Below, piece by piece: positions 16,643 through 25,958 of a DNA stretch of 64,000 nt. Under the pieces are notes generated by a model that did not search any database, was not told the origin of the DNA, and saw only the letters and a program-made list of their open reading frames with translations. A program made the translations under genes and the position numbers. Source of the stretch: Alphaproteobacteria bacterium (lineage in GTDB: Bacteria > Pseudomonadota > Alphaproteobacteria > UBA6615); contig CBDHEC010000022.1 of NCBI GenBank assembly GCA_965261975.1, forward strand, positions 1-64,000, in the 5' to 3' direction. Position 1 is the first letter of the stretch; every line of letters begins with the position of its first letter.

Positions 16643-18346
16643 ATGTCGGACTTGGCCCAGATGGCCGAAGCGAGAGGTATACCCGACCCAGTAGACGGCA
16701 AACCGCTGTCGGACCTGGTCGGACTGCTCGTGGCATCCGGCGACCTCTTCTACGAATGGGACCTGGAATCGGACACGATCGGCTGGACCGGTCAGTTGTC
16801 CGAGATCATCAACATCTCGAATGCCGGCAGCGTTGCGACAGGAGACACCTTCCTCAATCGCATCCATCCCGAAGACCTGCCGCACCGCATGATCGCGCTG
16901 TCGAACCATTTCGCCCGGGGTGAATCCTTCGACCGTGAGTTCAGACTGCGTGACGATTCCGGACAATTCATCTGGATCCGCGAGCGCGCCGTGGTCACCA
17001 AGTTCCTGAACGAGAAACCGTTGCGCCTAACCGGCATGGTCCGGTGCATCAATGATCGGAAAAAGTCCGAGGAAGAAGTGACCTTCCTCTCGAATCATGA
17101 CGCGCTGACGGGTCAGTATAATCGGCTGCGGCTGCGCGAAGCCCTGGAACATACGATCAAGCAAAGCCTGCACAGCAACCAGCATGGCGCGCTGCTTCTG
17201 GTCGGGCTGGACAAGCTGAACATCGTATCCGACGTGTATGGCGAGGAGACAGCCGACGCGATCGTCCTGGCGGTGGCGCGGCGTATCGAGGAAGGCATGC
17301 GCATCGGCGACGTGGTGGGGCGCGTCGGATCCGACCGATTTGCGGTAATCGTCAACCGGTGCGGCGCCTCGGAAATATCCACCATCGCAAGCCGGTTTCT
17401 GGCAACGATCCGCGAGACCCCGATATCCACGCCGGCGGGGCAGATGACGGTCACCGGATCGATCGGTATATCGATATTCCCCGCCGACGCTCTCACGGCG
17501 CACGAAATCGTGGCCAAAGCGGACAACGCGCTGCGCGGCGCGCGTCGGCTCGGTTGCGACTGCTATCTCGAATACAGCGATATGCCGGAGCACAGCCGGA
17601 CCAAACGCCCCGATCTCGTGATCGCCGAGCAAGTAAAACAGGCGCTCAACGAGGGCCGATTCACGCTCGCCTATCAGCCGATCGTGTCCAGCAAGACCGG
17701 CGAGGTCATATTCTACGAGGGCCTCGCGCGCATGCTGGATCATGCCGGCAATCCCATCGCGGCCGGTGGGTTCGTGCCCGTGGTCGAGCAAATGGGGTTG
17801 ATGCGCCTGATCGACCGCAAGGTGCTCGATCTCGGCCTCGACACGCTTGAGCGCAACCCGGCGATGGAGCTATCGATCAACGTATCGGGAATGACGGCGG
17901 TCGATCCGTTGTGGCTGCGCCAGCTCGAGGAACGCCTGCACGATCGCCACGACCTGGCGTCGCGGCTGATCCTCGAAATCACCGAAACCATCGCGCTGGA
18001 CGATATTGATGAATCGTCACGCTTCGTGGATGCGCTGAACAAGTTTGGCTGCCGGGTGGCCCTGGATGACTTCGGCGCGGGCTTCACGTCATTTCGTCAT
18101 TTGCGCGCGCTCAATGTCGCCATGGTCAAGATCGACGGTTCGTTTGTCCGCGACCTGACCCAGAATGACGAGAACCTGTTATTCGTTCGCACCCTCACCA
18201 ATCTCGCAAAAGGGCTCGGGCTGGAATCCGTTGCGGAGTGGGTCGAAACCGAAGACGAAGCCGAACTGCTCATGCGCGAGGGGGTCGACTTTCTCCAGGG
18301 GTGGCATTACGGGCGACCGGAAATCGATCCAGACTGGATGAAATAG
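16643..18346 (+). CDS. PAS-GGDEF(degenerate)-EAL protein, probable c-di-GMP phosphodiesterase
   Basis: PAS_3 (IHPEDL, WIRERA), HDALTG, GSDRF in place of GGDEF, YQPIV, EGLARM, LEITE, ALDDFGAG, VKIDGSFV, AEWVE, LQG. Confidence 0.9.
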   Translation: MSDLAQMAEARGIPDPVDGKPLSDLVGLLVASGDLFYEWDLESDTIGWTGQLSEIINISNAGSVATGDTFLNRIHPEDLPHRMIALSNHFARGESFDREFRLRDDSGQFIWIRERAVVTKFLNEKPLRLTGMVRCINDRKKSEEEVTFLSNHDALTGQYNRLRLREALEHTIKQSLHSNQHGALLLVGLDKLNIVSDVYGEETADAIVLAVARRIEEGMRIGDVVGRVGSDRFAVIVNRCGASEISTIASRFLATIRETPISTPAGQMTVTGSIGISIFPADALTAHEIVAKADNALRGARRLGCDCYLEYSDMPEHSRTKRPDLVIAEQVKQALNEGRFTLAYQPIVSSKTGEVIFYEGLARMLDHAGNPIAAGGFVPVVEQMGLMRLIDRKVLDLGLDTLERNPAMELSINVSGMTAVDPLWLRQLEERLHDRHDLASRLILEITETIALDDIDESSRFVDALNKFGCRVALDDFGAGFTSFRHLRALNVAMVKIDGSFVRDLTQNDENLLFVRTLTNLAKGLGLESVAEWVETEDEAELLMREGVDFLQGWHYGRPEIDPDWMK

Positions 18347-18365
18347 GATTCGGCCCGCGGGTGCC

Positions 18366-18953
18366 TCAGCGTGCCAATTCGTCGAGCTGCCGGCGCAAAC
18401 TCTCGATCTGGGTCTTCAAATCATCGAGCTTCGAATCATCGTCCGGTGACGCCGGGGCGCCGGCCTCACGGCCCGAATCATCTCTGCCCCCCGCCCCGTA
18501 GGGGGTAAACATCTGGAATGCCCGTTCGAACATCGCCATGTTCTGGCGCCCGAGCTCTTCCCATTGCGCAAACGGGTTCATGGTCTGGCCCACGGCGTCC
18601 TGCATGTAATCGCGCATCCGCTCCTGATTGTTCGAAAACGCGTCCATCGATGCTTCGAGATAGTTCGGCACCATCGTCTGAAGGCTGTCGCCGTAGAACT
18701 GGATGAGCTGGCGCAGGAAACTGATGGGCAGAAGGTTCTGACCCTTGTTTTCCTCTTCAAAGATGATCTGCGTCAGGACGGAGCGGGTGATGTTGTCGCC
18801 CGACTTGGCGTCAACGACCTGAAACTCGGTCCCCGCCTTCACCATCTGGGACAAATCATCAAGCGTCACATACTTGCTCGTCGACGTGTTGTAGAGCCGT
18901 CGATTGGCATATTTCTTTATGATAATCGGGTCTGCGTTATCTGCTTTGGCCAT
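18366..18953 (-). CDS. phaR: Polyhydroxyalkanoate synthesis repressor
   Basis: IIKKYANRRLYNT.TSKYVTL, DAKSGDNITRSVLTQIIFEEE, FLRQLIQFYG. Confidence 0.95.
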   Translation of the reverse strand: MAKADNADPIIIKKYANRRLYNTSTSKYVTLDDLSQMVKAGTEFQVVDAKSGDNITRSVLTQIIFEEENKGQNLLPISFLRQLIQFYGDSLQTMVPNYLEASMDAFSNNQERMRDYMQDAVGQTMNPFAQWEELGRQNMAMFERAFQMFTPYGAGGRDDSGREAGAPASPDDDSKLDDLKTQIESLRRQLDELAR

Positions 18954-19014
18954 GAGTTTCGGCACCGCAATGTTCGTCTCGAAGGCAACCAGTATAGCAG
19001 AAATAAAATTATGT

Positions 19015-19023
19015 TGCATCGCA
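19015..19023. promoter_or_regulatory. Putative PhaR operator
   Basis: TGCATCGCA fits the TGCRNYGCA-type PhaR box; located between divergent phaR and the PHB genes; a related GGCACCGCA lies at 18961. Confidence 0.55.
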
Positions 19024-19090
19024 GCGTATAATTGTTCCGATGCATTGTCCCGGTGGCGATTCCGCGAAGCGTGGGGCTATAGTCGTGGCC

Positions 19091-19519
19091 ATGACAGACC
19101 AGCCGGATTTCACCGCCCTCGCACGGCAATATCTCGATCTTTGGGAAGACCAGCTCGCGGCCATGGCGGCCGACCCCGACCTGGCCGAGCAAACCTCGCG
19201 TTTCTTCGATACGATGAAGCAACTGGGCGGCATCTCGAACCCCATGGGCGCCCCCGGACTGGCGGCCGTCATGGCGCAGATGTCCGGTAGGACGCACGCA
19301 ACGACGGACCAAGCCGATGGAGCCAAAGACCCCCGCGCACCCGAGGCTGGGACCTCGCCCGCTGCCGCTGCACCTGATGACCGCGATCAACAGCTGGTCG
19401 AGCTCACGCGGCGCCTTGCAGATGTTGAGGAACGGCTCCATCGCCTGGAAACCGGAGATGGCCGCGCGCGCCGAGCAACTGCAAAAAAACCTGCCGGCAG
19501 CGCCAAAAACCGAAAGTGA
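19091..19519 (+). CDS. Hypothetical protein (PhaE-like partner?) overlapping the phaC-like gene
   Basis: LARQYLDLWEDQL N-terminal helix, coiled-coil LTRRLADVEERLHRLE, basic tail. Confidence 0.65.
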   Translation: MTDQPDFTALARQYLDLWEDQLAAMAADPDLAEQTSRFFDTMKQLGGISNPMGAPGLAAVMAQMSGRTHATTDQADGAKDPRAPEAGTSPAAAAPDDRDQQLVELTRRLADVEERLHRLETGDGRARRATAKKPAGSAKNRK

Positions 19520-20564
19520 CCCCGACCCTCTCGCGACGGCAGTCGAGACAGAAATTGCCACACGCCTGACGGCATTCTCTGCCGGCCTGAACGCCTATCG
19601 GCACCACCCCTACCGGCGACAGCTGCCTGACCCGCCGACGCTGTGGGAGTCAGGTGCAACACGCCTGCTCGACTACGGGCCGGCGGACGGCCGCCCGGTG
19701 CTGTTTGTCCCGTCCCTGATCAACCGCGCCTATATCCTCGACCTGTCCGAACGCCGCAGCCTCATGCGGTGGCTCGCGGCCGAAACCGGACTGCGCCCCC
19801 TTCTCGTCGACTGGCGGCTGCCCGGGCCTGCGGAACGTGAATTTACCCTCACCGACTACATCACCGGGCCGCTTTCCGGCGCGCTCGATCAGGCCGTCAA
19901 TGCCGGGGGCGGGCCGGTGCCCCTGGTCGGCTATTGCATGGGCGGCTTGCTGGCGCTGGCGCTGGCGGCGAACCGGCCGAGCGATGTCGCGGGCCTGGGG
20001 CTGCTCGCGACACCGTGGGATTTCCACGCCGAACGCAGGGCCCAGGCCGAAGCACTCGCGCGCGCCGTCGATGCTTCCGTGCCGCTCCTGGAAGCCTATG
20101 GCGAACTGCCCGTCGACATCATCCAGTCGATGTTCTCGGCCCTCGATCCATTCCTGGTGACCCGCAAGTTCATCCGGTTCGCCGCCGCCCAACCGGGCAG
20201 TTCTGCGGCCGAGGAATTCGTCGCCCTGGAGGATTGGCTCAACGACGGGGTTCCCCTGTCCGGCCCGGTCGCGCGCGAATGTATGGGTGGCTGGTACGGC
20301 GGCAACACACCCCATGCCGGGGAATGGGAGGTTGCCGGCACCGCCGTGCGCCCCGAGGCGATCGATATCCCAGCGCGCGTGCTGATCCCCGAGCAGGATC
20401 GGATCGTCCCGCCCGCCTCGGCCCAGGCGCTGGCCGACGCCCTGCCCAACGCCGACGCCAACAGCGTACCGCTCGGCCATATCGGCATGGTCGCGGGGTC
20501 GCGCGCCCAGGCCCTCGTCTGGGAACCGCTATCGGCGTGGCTGGATGGTGTTTCCGGCGCCTAG
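19317..20564 (+). CDS. PHA synthase (class III PhaC-like) alpha/beta hydrolase
   Basis: FVPSLINRAYILDL, lipase box GYCMGG, TPWDF, LEDWLND, DRIVP (Asp), GHIG (His); start uncertain. Confidence 0.82.
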   Translation: MEPKTPAHPRLGPRPLPLHLMTAINSWSSSRGALQMLRNGSIAWKPEMAARAEQLQKNLPAAPKTESDPDPLATAVETEIATRLTAFSAGLNAYRHHPYRRQLPDPPTLWESGATRLLDYGPADGRPVLFVPSLINRAYILDLSERRSLMRWLAAETGLRPLLVDWRLPGPAEREFTLTDYITGPLSGALDQAVNAGGGPVPLVGYCMGGLLALALAANRPSDVAGLGLLATPWDFHAERRAQAEALARAVDASVPLLEAYGELPVDIIQSMFSALDPFLVTRKFIRFAAAQPGSSAAEEFVALEDWLNDGVPLSGPVARECMGGWYGGNTPHAGEWEVAGTAVRPEAIDIPARVLIPEQDRIVPPASAQALADALPNADANSVPLGHIGMVAGSRAQALVWEPLSAWLDGVSGA

Positions 20565-20634
20565 TTCGCTGGACTCGGCACCCCACCCGGTCTATATCCA
20601 CCAAGGACTGGAAATCGGCGGATTTCGGGGAGTT

Positions 20635-20648
20635 TGTGCAGTGCGCCA
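20635..20648. promoter_or_regulatory. Putative PhaR operator upstream of phaA
   Basis: TGTGCAGTGCGCCA, one mismatch from TGCRNYGCA. Confidence 0.4.
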
Positions 20649-20688
20649 TGACCCCCGACCGATCCGCAGCCTCAATCAGGAGAGATAA

Positions 20689-21864
20689 ATGTCGGATGTC
20701 GTGATTGCCGGAGCCGCCCGGACACCTGTCGGAGCCTTCAACGGCGCGTTGGCCGGCCTCAGCGCCGCAGAACTCGGTACGGTAGCCATCGCAAGCGCCC
20801 TTGAGCGCGCCGGTGTACCCGCCGCAGATGTCGACGAAGTGGTCATGGGCCAGGTCCTCACCGCCGCCACGGGCATGAACCCAGCGCGCCAGGCTTTGCT
20901 CGCCGCCGGCATCCCCGAAGAAAGCACCGCCTACCTCATCAACCAGGTTTGCGGCTCCGGGTTGCGCGCGGTCGCACAAGGCTTCCAGGCGATCAAGCTC
21001 GGCGAGGCCGATGTTGTCGTGGCCGGTGGGCAGGAAAGCATGAGCCAGTCGCCGCACGCGTCTCACATGCGCAACGGCACCAAGATGGGCGATGTCAAAT
21101 TCGTCGACACGATGATCAATGACGGCCTGTGGTGCTCGCTGATGGGCTATCACATGGGCACGACGGCTGAGAATGTCGCCGAGAAATGGCAGATCACCCG
21201 CGACGAGCAGGACGCGTTTGCTGCCGGCTCCCAACAGAAGGCCGAGGCGGCCCAGAATGACGGGCGCTTCGCCGACGAAATTGCCGCCGTCACGATCCAG
21301 ACCCGCAAGGGCGACGTCGTCGTCGACACCGACGAATATCCCCGCCACGGCACCACGACAGAGACCCTCGGCAAGCTACGTCCGGCCTTTTCAAAAGAGG
21401 GCACTGTCACCGCGGGCAACGCCTCGGGCATCAATGATGGCAGCGCCGCGACCGTGCTGATGAGCGCCGACGAGGCCGCGAAGCGAGGCATCACCCCGCT
21501 GGCGCGCATCGCCTCCTGGGCCACAGCCGGCGTCGACCCTGCCGTCATGGGCTCCGGTCCGATCCCCGCCAGCCGCAAGGCACTGGAACGGGCCGGCTGG
21601 AGCGTCGACGATGTCGAGCTGGTCGAGGCCAACGAGGCCTTCGCCGCACAGGCAATCGCGGTCAACCGCGACATGGGCTGGGACCCGGAGATCGTCAACG
21701 TCAACGGCGGCGCGATCGCGATCGGCCACCCGATCGGCGCTTCGGGCGCACGGGTCCTGATCACGCTGCTGCACGAAATGCAAAAACGCGACGCCAAGAA
21801 GGGCCTCACCACCTTGTGTATCGGCGGCGGCATGGGCATCGCACTCTGCGTCGAGCGGGACTAG
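20689..21864 (+). CDS. phaA: Acetyl-CoA acetyltransferase (beta-ketothiolase)
   Basis: NQVCGSGL, NEAFA, GHPIGASG, LCIGGGMG; AGGAG RBS. Confidence 0.95.
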   Translation: MSDVVIAGAARTPVGAFNGALAGLSAAELGTVAIASALERAGVPAADVDEVVMGQVLTAATGMNPARQALLAAGIPEESTAYLINQVCGSGLRAVAQGFQAIKLGEADVVVAGGQESMSQSPHASHMRNGTKMGDVKFVDTMINDGLWCSLMGYHMGTTAENVAEKWQITRDEQDAFAAGSQQKAEAAQNDGRFADEIAAVTIQTRKGDVVVDTDEYPRHGTTTETLGKLRPAFSKEGTVTAGNASGINDGSAATVLMSADEAAKRGITPLARIASWATAGVDPAVMGSGPIPASRKALERAGWSVDDVELVEANEAFAAQAIAVNRDMGWDPEIVNVNGGAIAIGHPIGASGARVLITLLHEMQKRDAKKGLTTLCIGGGMGIALCVERD

Positions 21865-21958
21865 TCAATCTGGATCATAGGGGAACGCACCATTCATCGC
21901 GGGTATCGCAAGAACGTCGGTCTCAGGCGTCACCAATCCGCTTTAGCAGGAGAGTAAA

Positions 21959-22681
21959 ATGGGCCGAGTGGCACTTGTTACCGGCGGCACACGAGGAATC
22001 GGTGCCGCGATCGCAGTCGCGCTGAAAAACGCCGGCCGCGATGTCGTCGTCAACTATGCGGGCAACGACCACGCCGCGCGTGAGTTCGAAGAGGCGACCA
22101 GCATCAAAACGATGAAGTTCGACGTCTCCGACCATGAAGAGGTCGCCGCCGCAGCCGCGCAGATCGAGAAAGATCTGGGGCCAATCGAGATTCTGGTCAA
22201 CAACGCCGGCATCACCCGCGACGGCACCATGCATCGCATGACCTTCGAGCAGTGGAAGGACGTGATCGACACCAACCTGTCGGGTGTTTTCAACTGTTCG
22301 CGCGCCGTCATCGAGGGCATGCGCGAGCGCGGTTTTGGCCGGATCGTCAACATCGGTTCGATCAACGGACAGGCCGGCCAGTATGGCCAGGTCAACTATG
22401 CCGCCACCAAGTCCGGCATCCACGGCTTCACCAAGGCCCTGGCCCAGGAAGGTGCGGCCAAGAACATCACGGTCAACGCCATCGCGCCGGGCTATGTCGA
22501 CACCGACATGGTGCGCGCCGTCCCGCCGGAAGTGCTTGAGAAGATCATCGCGGGCATCCCCGTCGGCCGGCTGGGCAAGGCCGATGATATCGCGCGCGGC
22601 GTGATTTTCCTGACCGCCGACAATGCTGACTTCATCACCGGGTCGACCCTGTCGATCAACGGTGGCCAGCATATGTACTAG
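21959..22681 (+). CDS. phaB: Acetoacetyl-CoA reductase
   Basis: TGGTRGIG, NNAGITRD, GQYGQVNYAATK, SINGGQHMY; follows phaA. Confidence 0.95.
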   Translation: MGRVALVTGGTRGIGAAIAVALKNAGRDVVVNYAGNDHAAREFEEATSIKTMKFDVSDHEEVAAAAAQIEKDLGPIEILVNNAGITRDGTMHRMTFEQWKDVIDTNLSGVFNCSRAVIEGMRERGFGRIVNIGSINGQAGQYGQVNYAATKSGIHGFTKALAQEGAAKNITVNAIAPGYVDTDMVRAVPPEVLEKIIAGIPVGRLGKADDIARGVIFLTADNADFITGSTLSINGGQHMY

Positions 22682-22695
22682 GCGGGCCTCGTCGG

Positions 22696-23232
22696 ATGAG
22701 CCGCGAATATCCCCAGCGGCCTGTTGCGGGGGTCGGGGTCGTCGTGCTGCGGGAGGATCAGGTCCTGATGATCCGCCGCGGGCGCGAACCCCGCAAGGGC
22801 CAGTGGAGTATTCCCGGCGGCAAACAGGAACTCGGTGAGACGTGGCACGACACCGCGATCCGCGAGGTTCTCGAGGAAACCGGTATTGAAATCGATGTGA
22901 TCGGCATCGTCGACGTGGTCGATGCGATCGTACGCGACGGCGATCCGCCACGCCCCGGCACAGCCGATGACGGCACCGAAGGTATCGGACTGGCCATGGC
23001 CAACGACGATGCCGCCACGCCGAACGACCCGCAGCGAATTCGGTACCACTACACCCTGATCGATTGCGCCGCAGTCTGGACCGGCGGCGATCCCGTGGCC
23101 GGCGGCGACGCCGCCCACGCCGAGTGGTGGCCCCTCGACAGGATCGGGGAACTCTCGCTCTGGTCCGAGACGGTCCGCATCATTACCGAAGCCGCCGCCC
23201 TCGCCGCAGCCACCCGCCACGAGCCCCGGTGA
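22696..23232 (+). CDS. NUDIX hydrolase with an internal ~25-30 aa insertion
   Basis: REYPQRP.AGVG, Nudix box GGKQELGET...AIREVLEETG, YHYTLID. Confidence 0.88.
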   Translation: MSREYPQRPVAGVGVVVLREDQVLMIRRGREPRKGQWSIPGGKQELGETWHDTAIREVLEETGIEIDVIGIVDVVDAIVRDGDPPRPGTADDGTEGIGLAMANDDAATPNDPQRIRYHYTLIDCAAVWTGGDPVAGGDAAHAEWWPLDRIGELSLWSETVRIITEAAALAAATRHEPR

Positions 23233-24149
23233 GCCCGACAATCCAGCCGAGGGCCGGACGCCGCGCCACGCTGATCGGCCTCTCGGCGGTGTTGATCTGG
23301 TCCACGCTCGCCTTTTTCGGCGCACTGGCCGGCCCCGTCCCCCCGCTGCAGCTCGTGGCGATGGCCTTCACCATCGTCTTCGCCCTCACCGGAGCGATCT
23401 GGCTCGCGCGCGGCGAGAACCCGCTGGACCATTTGCGGCAACCCGCGCCCGTCTGGGCCCTCGGGATCGCGGGCCTGTTCGGCTACCACCTGCTCTATTT
23501 CATCGGCATCCAGAACGCGCCACCGGCCGACGCCAACCTGATCAACTACCTCTGGCCGATGCTGATCGTGCTCTTCTCCGCGCTCCTGCCATCCAGTACC
23601 GGCGTCGGCCGCCTGCGCTGGTTCCACCTCGCGGGTGCCGGGCTGGGCCTCGCCGGGACGGCGTTGATCGTCATGGGCGACGGATTGTGGGACGGCAGCC
23701 TTCGGGTTCACACCGAGTATGGCGGCGGTTACCTGGCGGCCGTCGGCGCGGCGCTGGCCTGGTCGGGATACTCGGTGTTGTCGCGTCGGTTCGCGCATGT
23801 ATCGACCGACGCGGTCGGTGCCTTCTGCGGCGGCACGGCGGTGCTGGCGTGGGTGGCCCATCTCGCGCTGGAGACAACCGTCTGGCCGAGCGGCACCATC
23901 GCGTGGTTCGCGGTACTCGGGCTCGGCCTCGGGCCCGTGGGCACGGCCTTCTTCGTCTGGGACCATGGCGTCAAGCATGGCGATTTACGGGTGCTCGGGG
24001 CTGCGGCCTATGCCGCCCCGCTGCTGTCTACCCTGCTGTTGGTCGCGTTCGGGCTGGCGGACGGGACATGGACGCTGGCCCTGGCCTGCGGGCTGATCAT
24101 GGGCGGCGGACTGCTCGCAGCGCGCGAGATGCTGGCGCGCCACGCCTAA
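23229..24149 (+). CDS. DMT/EamA family transporter (YddG-like)
   Basis: ANLINYLWP, AFFVWD.GVK.GD; ~10 TM; GTG start overlaps the NUDIX stop. Confidence 0.88.
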   Translation: MSPTIQPRAGRRATLIGLSAVLIWSTLAFFGALAGPVPPLQLVAMAFTIVFALTGAIWLARGENPLDHLRQPAPVWALGIAGLFGYHLLYFIGIQNAPPADANLINYLWPMLIVLFSALLPSSTGVGRLRWFHLAGAGLGLAGTALIVMGDGLWDGSLRVHTEYGGGYLAAVGAALAWSGYSVLSRRFAHVSTDAVGAFCGGTAVLAWVAHLALETTVWPSGTIAWFAVLGLGLGPVGTAFFVWDHGVKHGDLRVLGAAAYAAPLLSTLLLVAFGLADGTWTLALACGLIMGGGLLAAREMLARHA

Positions 24150-24817
24150 CTGTCGGACTGGGCCCGGGCGAACGCCGCCATGTGAAACGCGGCTTGCGCC
24201 GGCGCATAGATGTAGTCGCGCCCCACCGGGCACGCCCGTCGCGCCCGGCACCCACGGCCCATACAATCGCCCGTATCCGGCCCGGTTATATGCCCGACGC
24301 AGACCGGGACGTCATAGGCCGACCCATCGAACGCGGAGACGGGACAGGCGGTCAGGCAGGGCCTGTCGGCGCAGCTGTCACAGGGTGAGGACTCCTTGCT
24401 CGGCGCGGGAATTTCGAGTTTCCCGGCAAACGCCAGCGCCCCGCGATAGGCGTGCCACAGCCCGAATTCGGCATGAATCAGCACGCCGACCGGCGACGGG
24501 TAGACCGGCTCCGCCCGCTGGGCCCAGCGCTGGAAAGGCAGGTGGGGCGGGCCGCCAAACGGGAACAGGGCCGTCGCGCCGACCACGGCGGCCACGTCGG
24601 TCAGAACATCCGATACCCATGCATCAAGAGGACTTGCCCGATCGCCATAGTCGCCACGCACCCGATCGAACGCTGTCCACATATCCGGACCGGCATTGCC
24701 GACCAGAACCAGTGTCTCACCGGGGACGTTGTCTTCGGAACCAGGATGGACCCCGCCACGCACGATCAGACCATGCGGGGCGAGCGCAGCTTCTATGGAA
24801 GAGAATTCCGGCGTCAC
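24146..24817 (-). CDS. 4Fe-4S ferredoxin-like protein with a QueG/CblC-like N-terminal part
   Basis: PFQRWA, IHAEFGLWHAYRGAL, CDSCADRPCLTACP, C...C...GCRARRACP. Confidence 0.75.
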   Translation of the reverse strand: MTPEFSSIEAALAPHGLIVRGGVHPGSEDNVPGETLVLVGNAGPDMWTAFDRVRGDYGDRASPLDAWVSDVLTDVAAVVGATALFPFGGPPHLPFQRWAQRAEPVYPSPVGVLIHAEFGLWHAYRGALAFAGKLEIPAPSKESSPCDSCADRPCLTACPVSAFDGSAYDVPVCVGHITGPDTGDCMGRGCRARRACPVGRDYIYAPAQAAFHMAAFARAQSDS

Positions 24818-24825
24818 GGCAGATG

Positions 24826-25860
24826 TTATTCCGCCGCGATGGCCTTCTTCAGATAGTCCCTGTCGAGGAGTTCGGCGATCTGGACCGTGTTCAGGGCAGC
24901 GCCCTTGCGCAGATTGTCCGAGACAACCCAGATGTTCAGGCCGTTGTCGATCGTCGCATCCTCGCGGATACGGCTGACATAGACACCGTCTTCACCGGCG
25001 GCCTCTTTCGGCGTGACATAGCCCTCGTCCGCACGATGATCGACCAGCACCACCCCCGGCGCATTGCGCAGGGCCTCGCGGGCATCCTTGGCCGATACCT
25101 CGCGGGAGAACTGGATATTGATCGCCTCGGCATGGCCGATGAACACGGGCACCCGCACACAGGTCGCCGTCAGCTTGATCTTCGGGTCGAGAATCTTCTT
25201 GGTCTCGACCGTCATCTTCCACTCTTCCTTGGTCGACCCGTCATCCATGAACACGTCGATATGGGGGATGACGTTGAAGGCAATCGGCTTGGTGAACTCC
25301 TTCGGCTCGACCGGGTCGTTCACGTAAACGGCACGGGTCTGGTTGAAGAGTTCATCCATCGCGTCCTTGCCCGCGCCCGAGACCGACTGATAGGTCGACA
25401 CGACCACCCGCTCGATGCCGAAGGCCTCGTGCAGGGGCCTGAGGGCCGTCACCATCTGGATCGTCGAACAGTTCGGGTTGGCGATGATGTTGCGCTGGGT
25501 ATAGCCGGCCGCCGCCTCGGGGTTCACCTCCGGGACGATCAGCGGCACGTCAGGGTCCATGCGGAACTGGGACGTGTTGTCGATGACAATGCAACCCGCC
25601 GCCGCGGCCTTGGGCGCATATTTCGCGGACACGCTGGAACCCGGCGAGAACAGGCCGATATCGGTGCCGGTGAAGTCATACTCGGCCAGATTCTGAACGA
25701 TCAGAGTCTGGTCCTCGCCATACGACACCTCGCGCCCGACCGAGCGTTCGCTCGCCAGGGCGACCACTTCATCCGCCGGGAACTCGCGCTCCGCAAGCGT
25801 TTGCAGGAGTTCGAGGCCGACATTTCCCGTCGCACCGACCACCGCAACTTTGTAACCCAT
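24826..25860 (-). CDS. asd: Aspartate-semialdehyde dehydrogenase
   Basis: VVGATGNVG, NPNCSTIQM, YQSVSGAG, DNLRKGAALN. Confidence 0.96.
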   Translation of the reverse strand: MGYKVAVVGATGNVGLELLQTLAEREFPADEVVALASERSVGREVSYGEDQTLIVQNLAEYDFTGTDIGLFSPGSSVSAKYAPKAAAAGCIVIDNTSQFRMDPDVPLIVPEVNPEAAAGYTQRNIIANPNCSTIQMVTALRPLHEAFGIERVVVSTYQSVSGAGKDAMDELFNQTRAVYVNDPVEPKEFTKPIAFNVIPHIDVFMDDGSTKEEWKMTVETKKILDPKIKLTATCVRVPVFIGHAEAINIQFSREVSAKDAREALRNAPGVVLVDHRADEGYVTPKEAAGEDGVYVSRIREDATIDNGLNIWVVSDNLRKGAALNTVQIAELLDRDYLKKAIAAE

Positions 25861-25958
25861 GGGTCTTATCCTCTAATCCCCGGCCACATCGACCGGGTGC
25901 GGGCGATGACATAAGCCCGAAATCGCGGTTTTGCAAGGATTGAGCGTCGCAACGCTGC

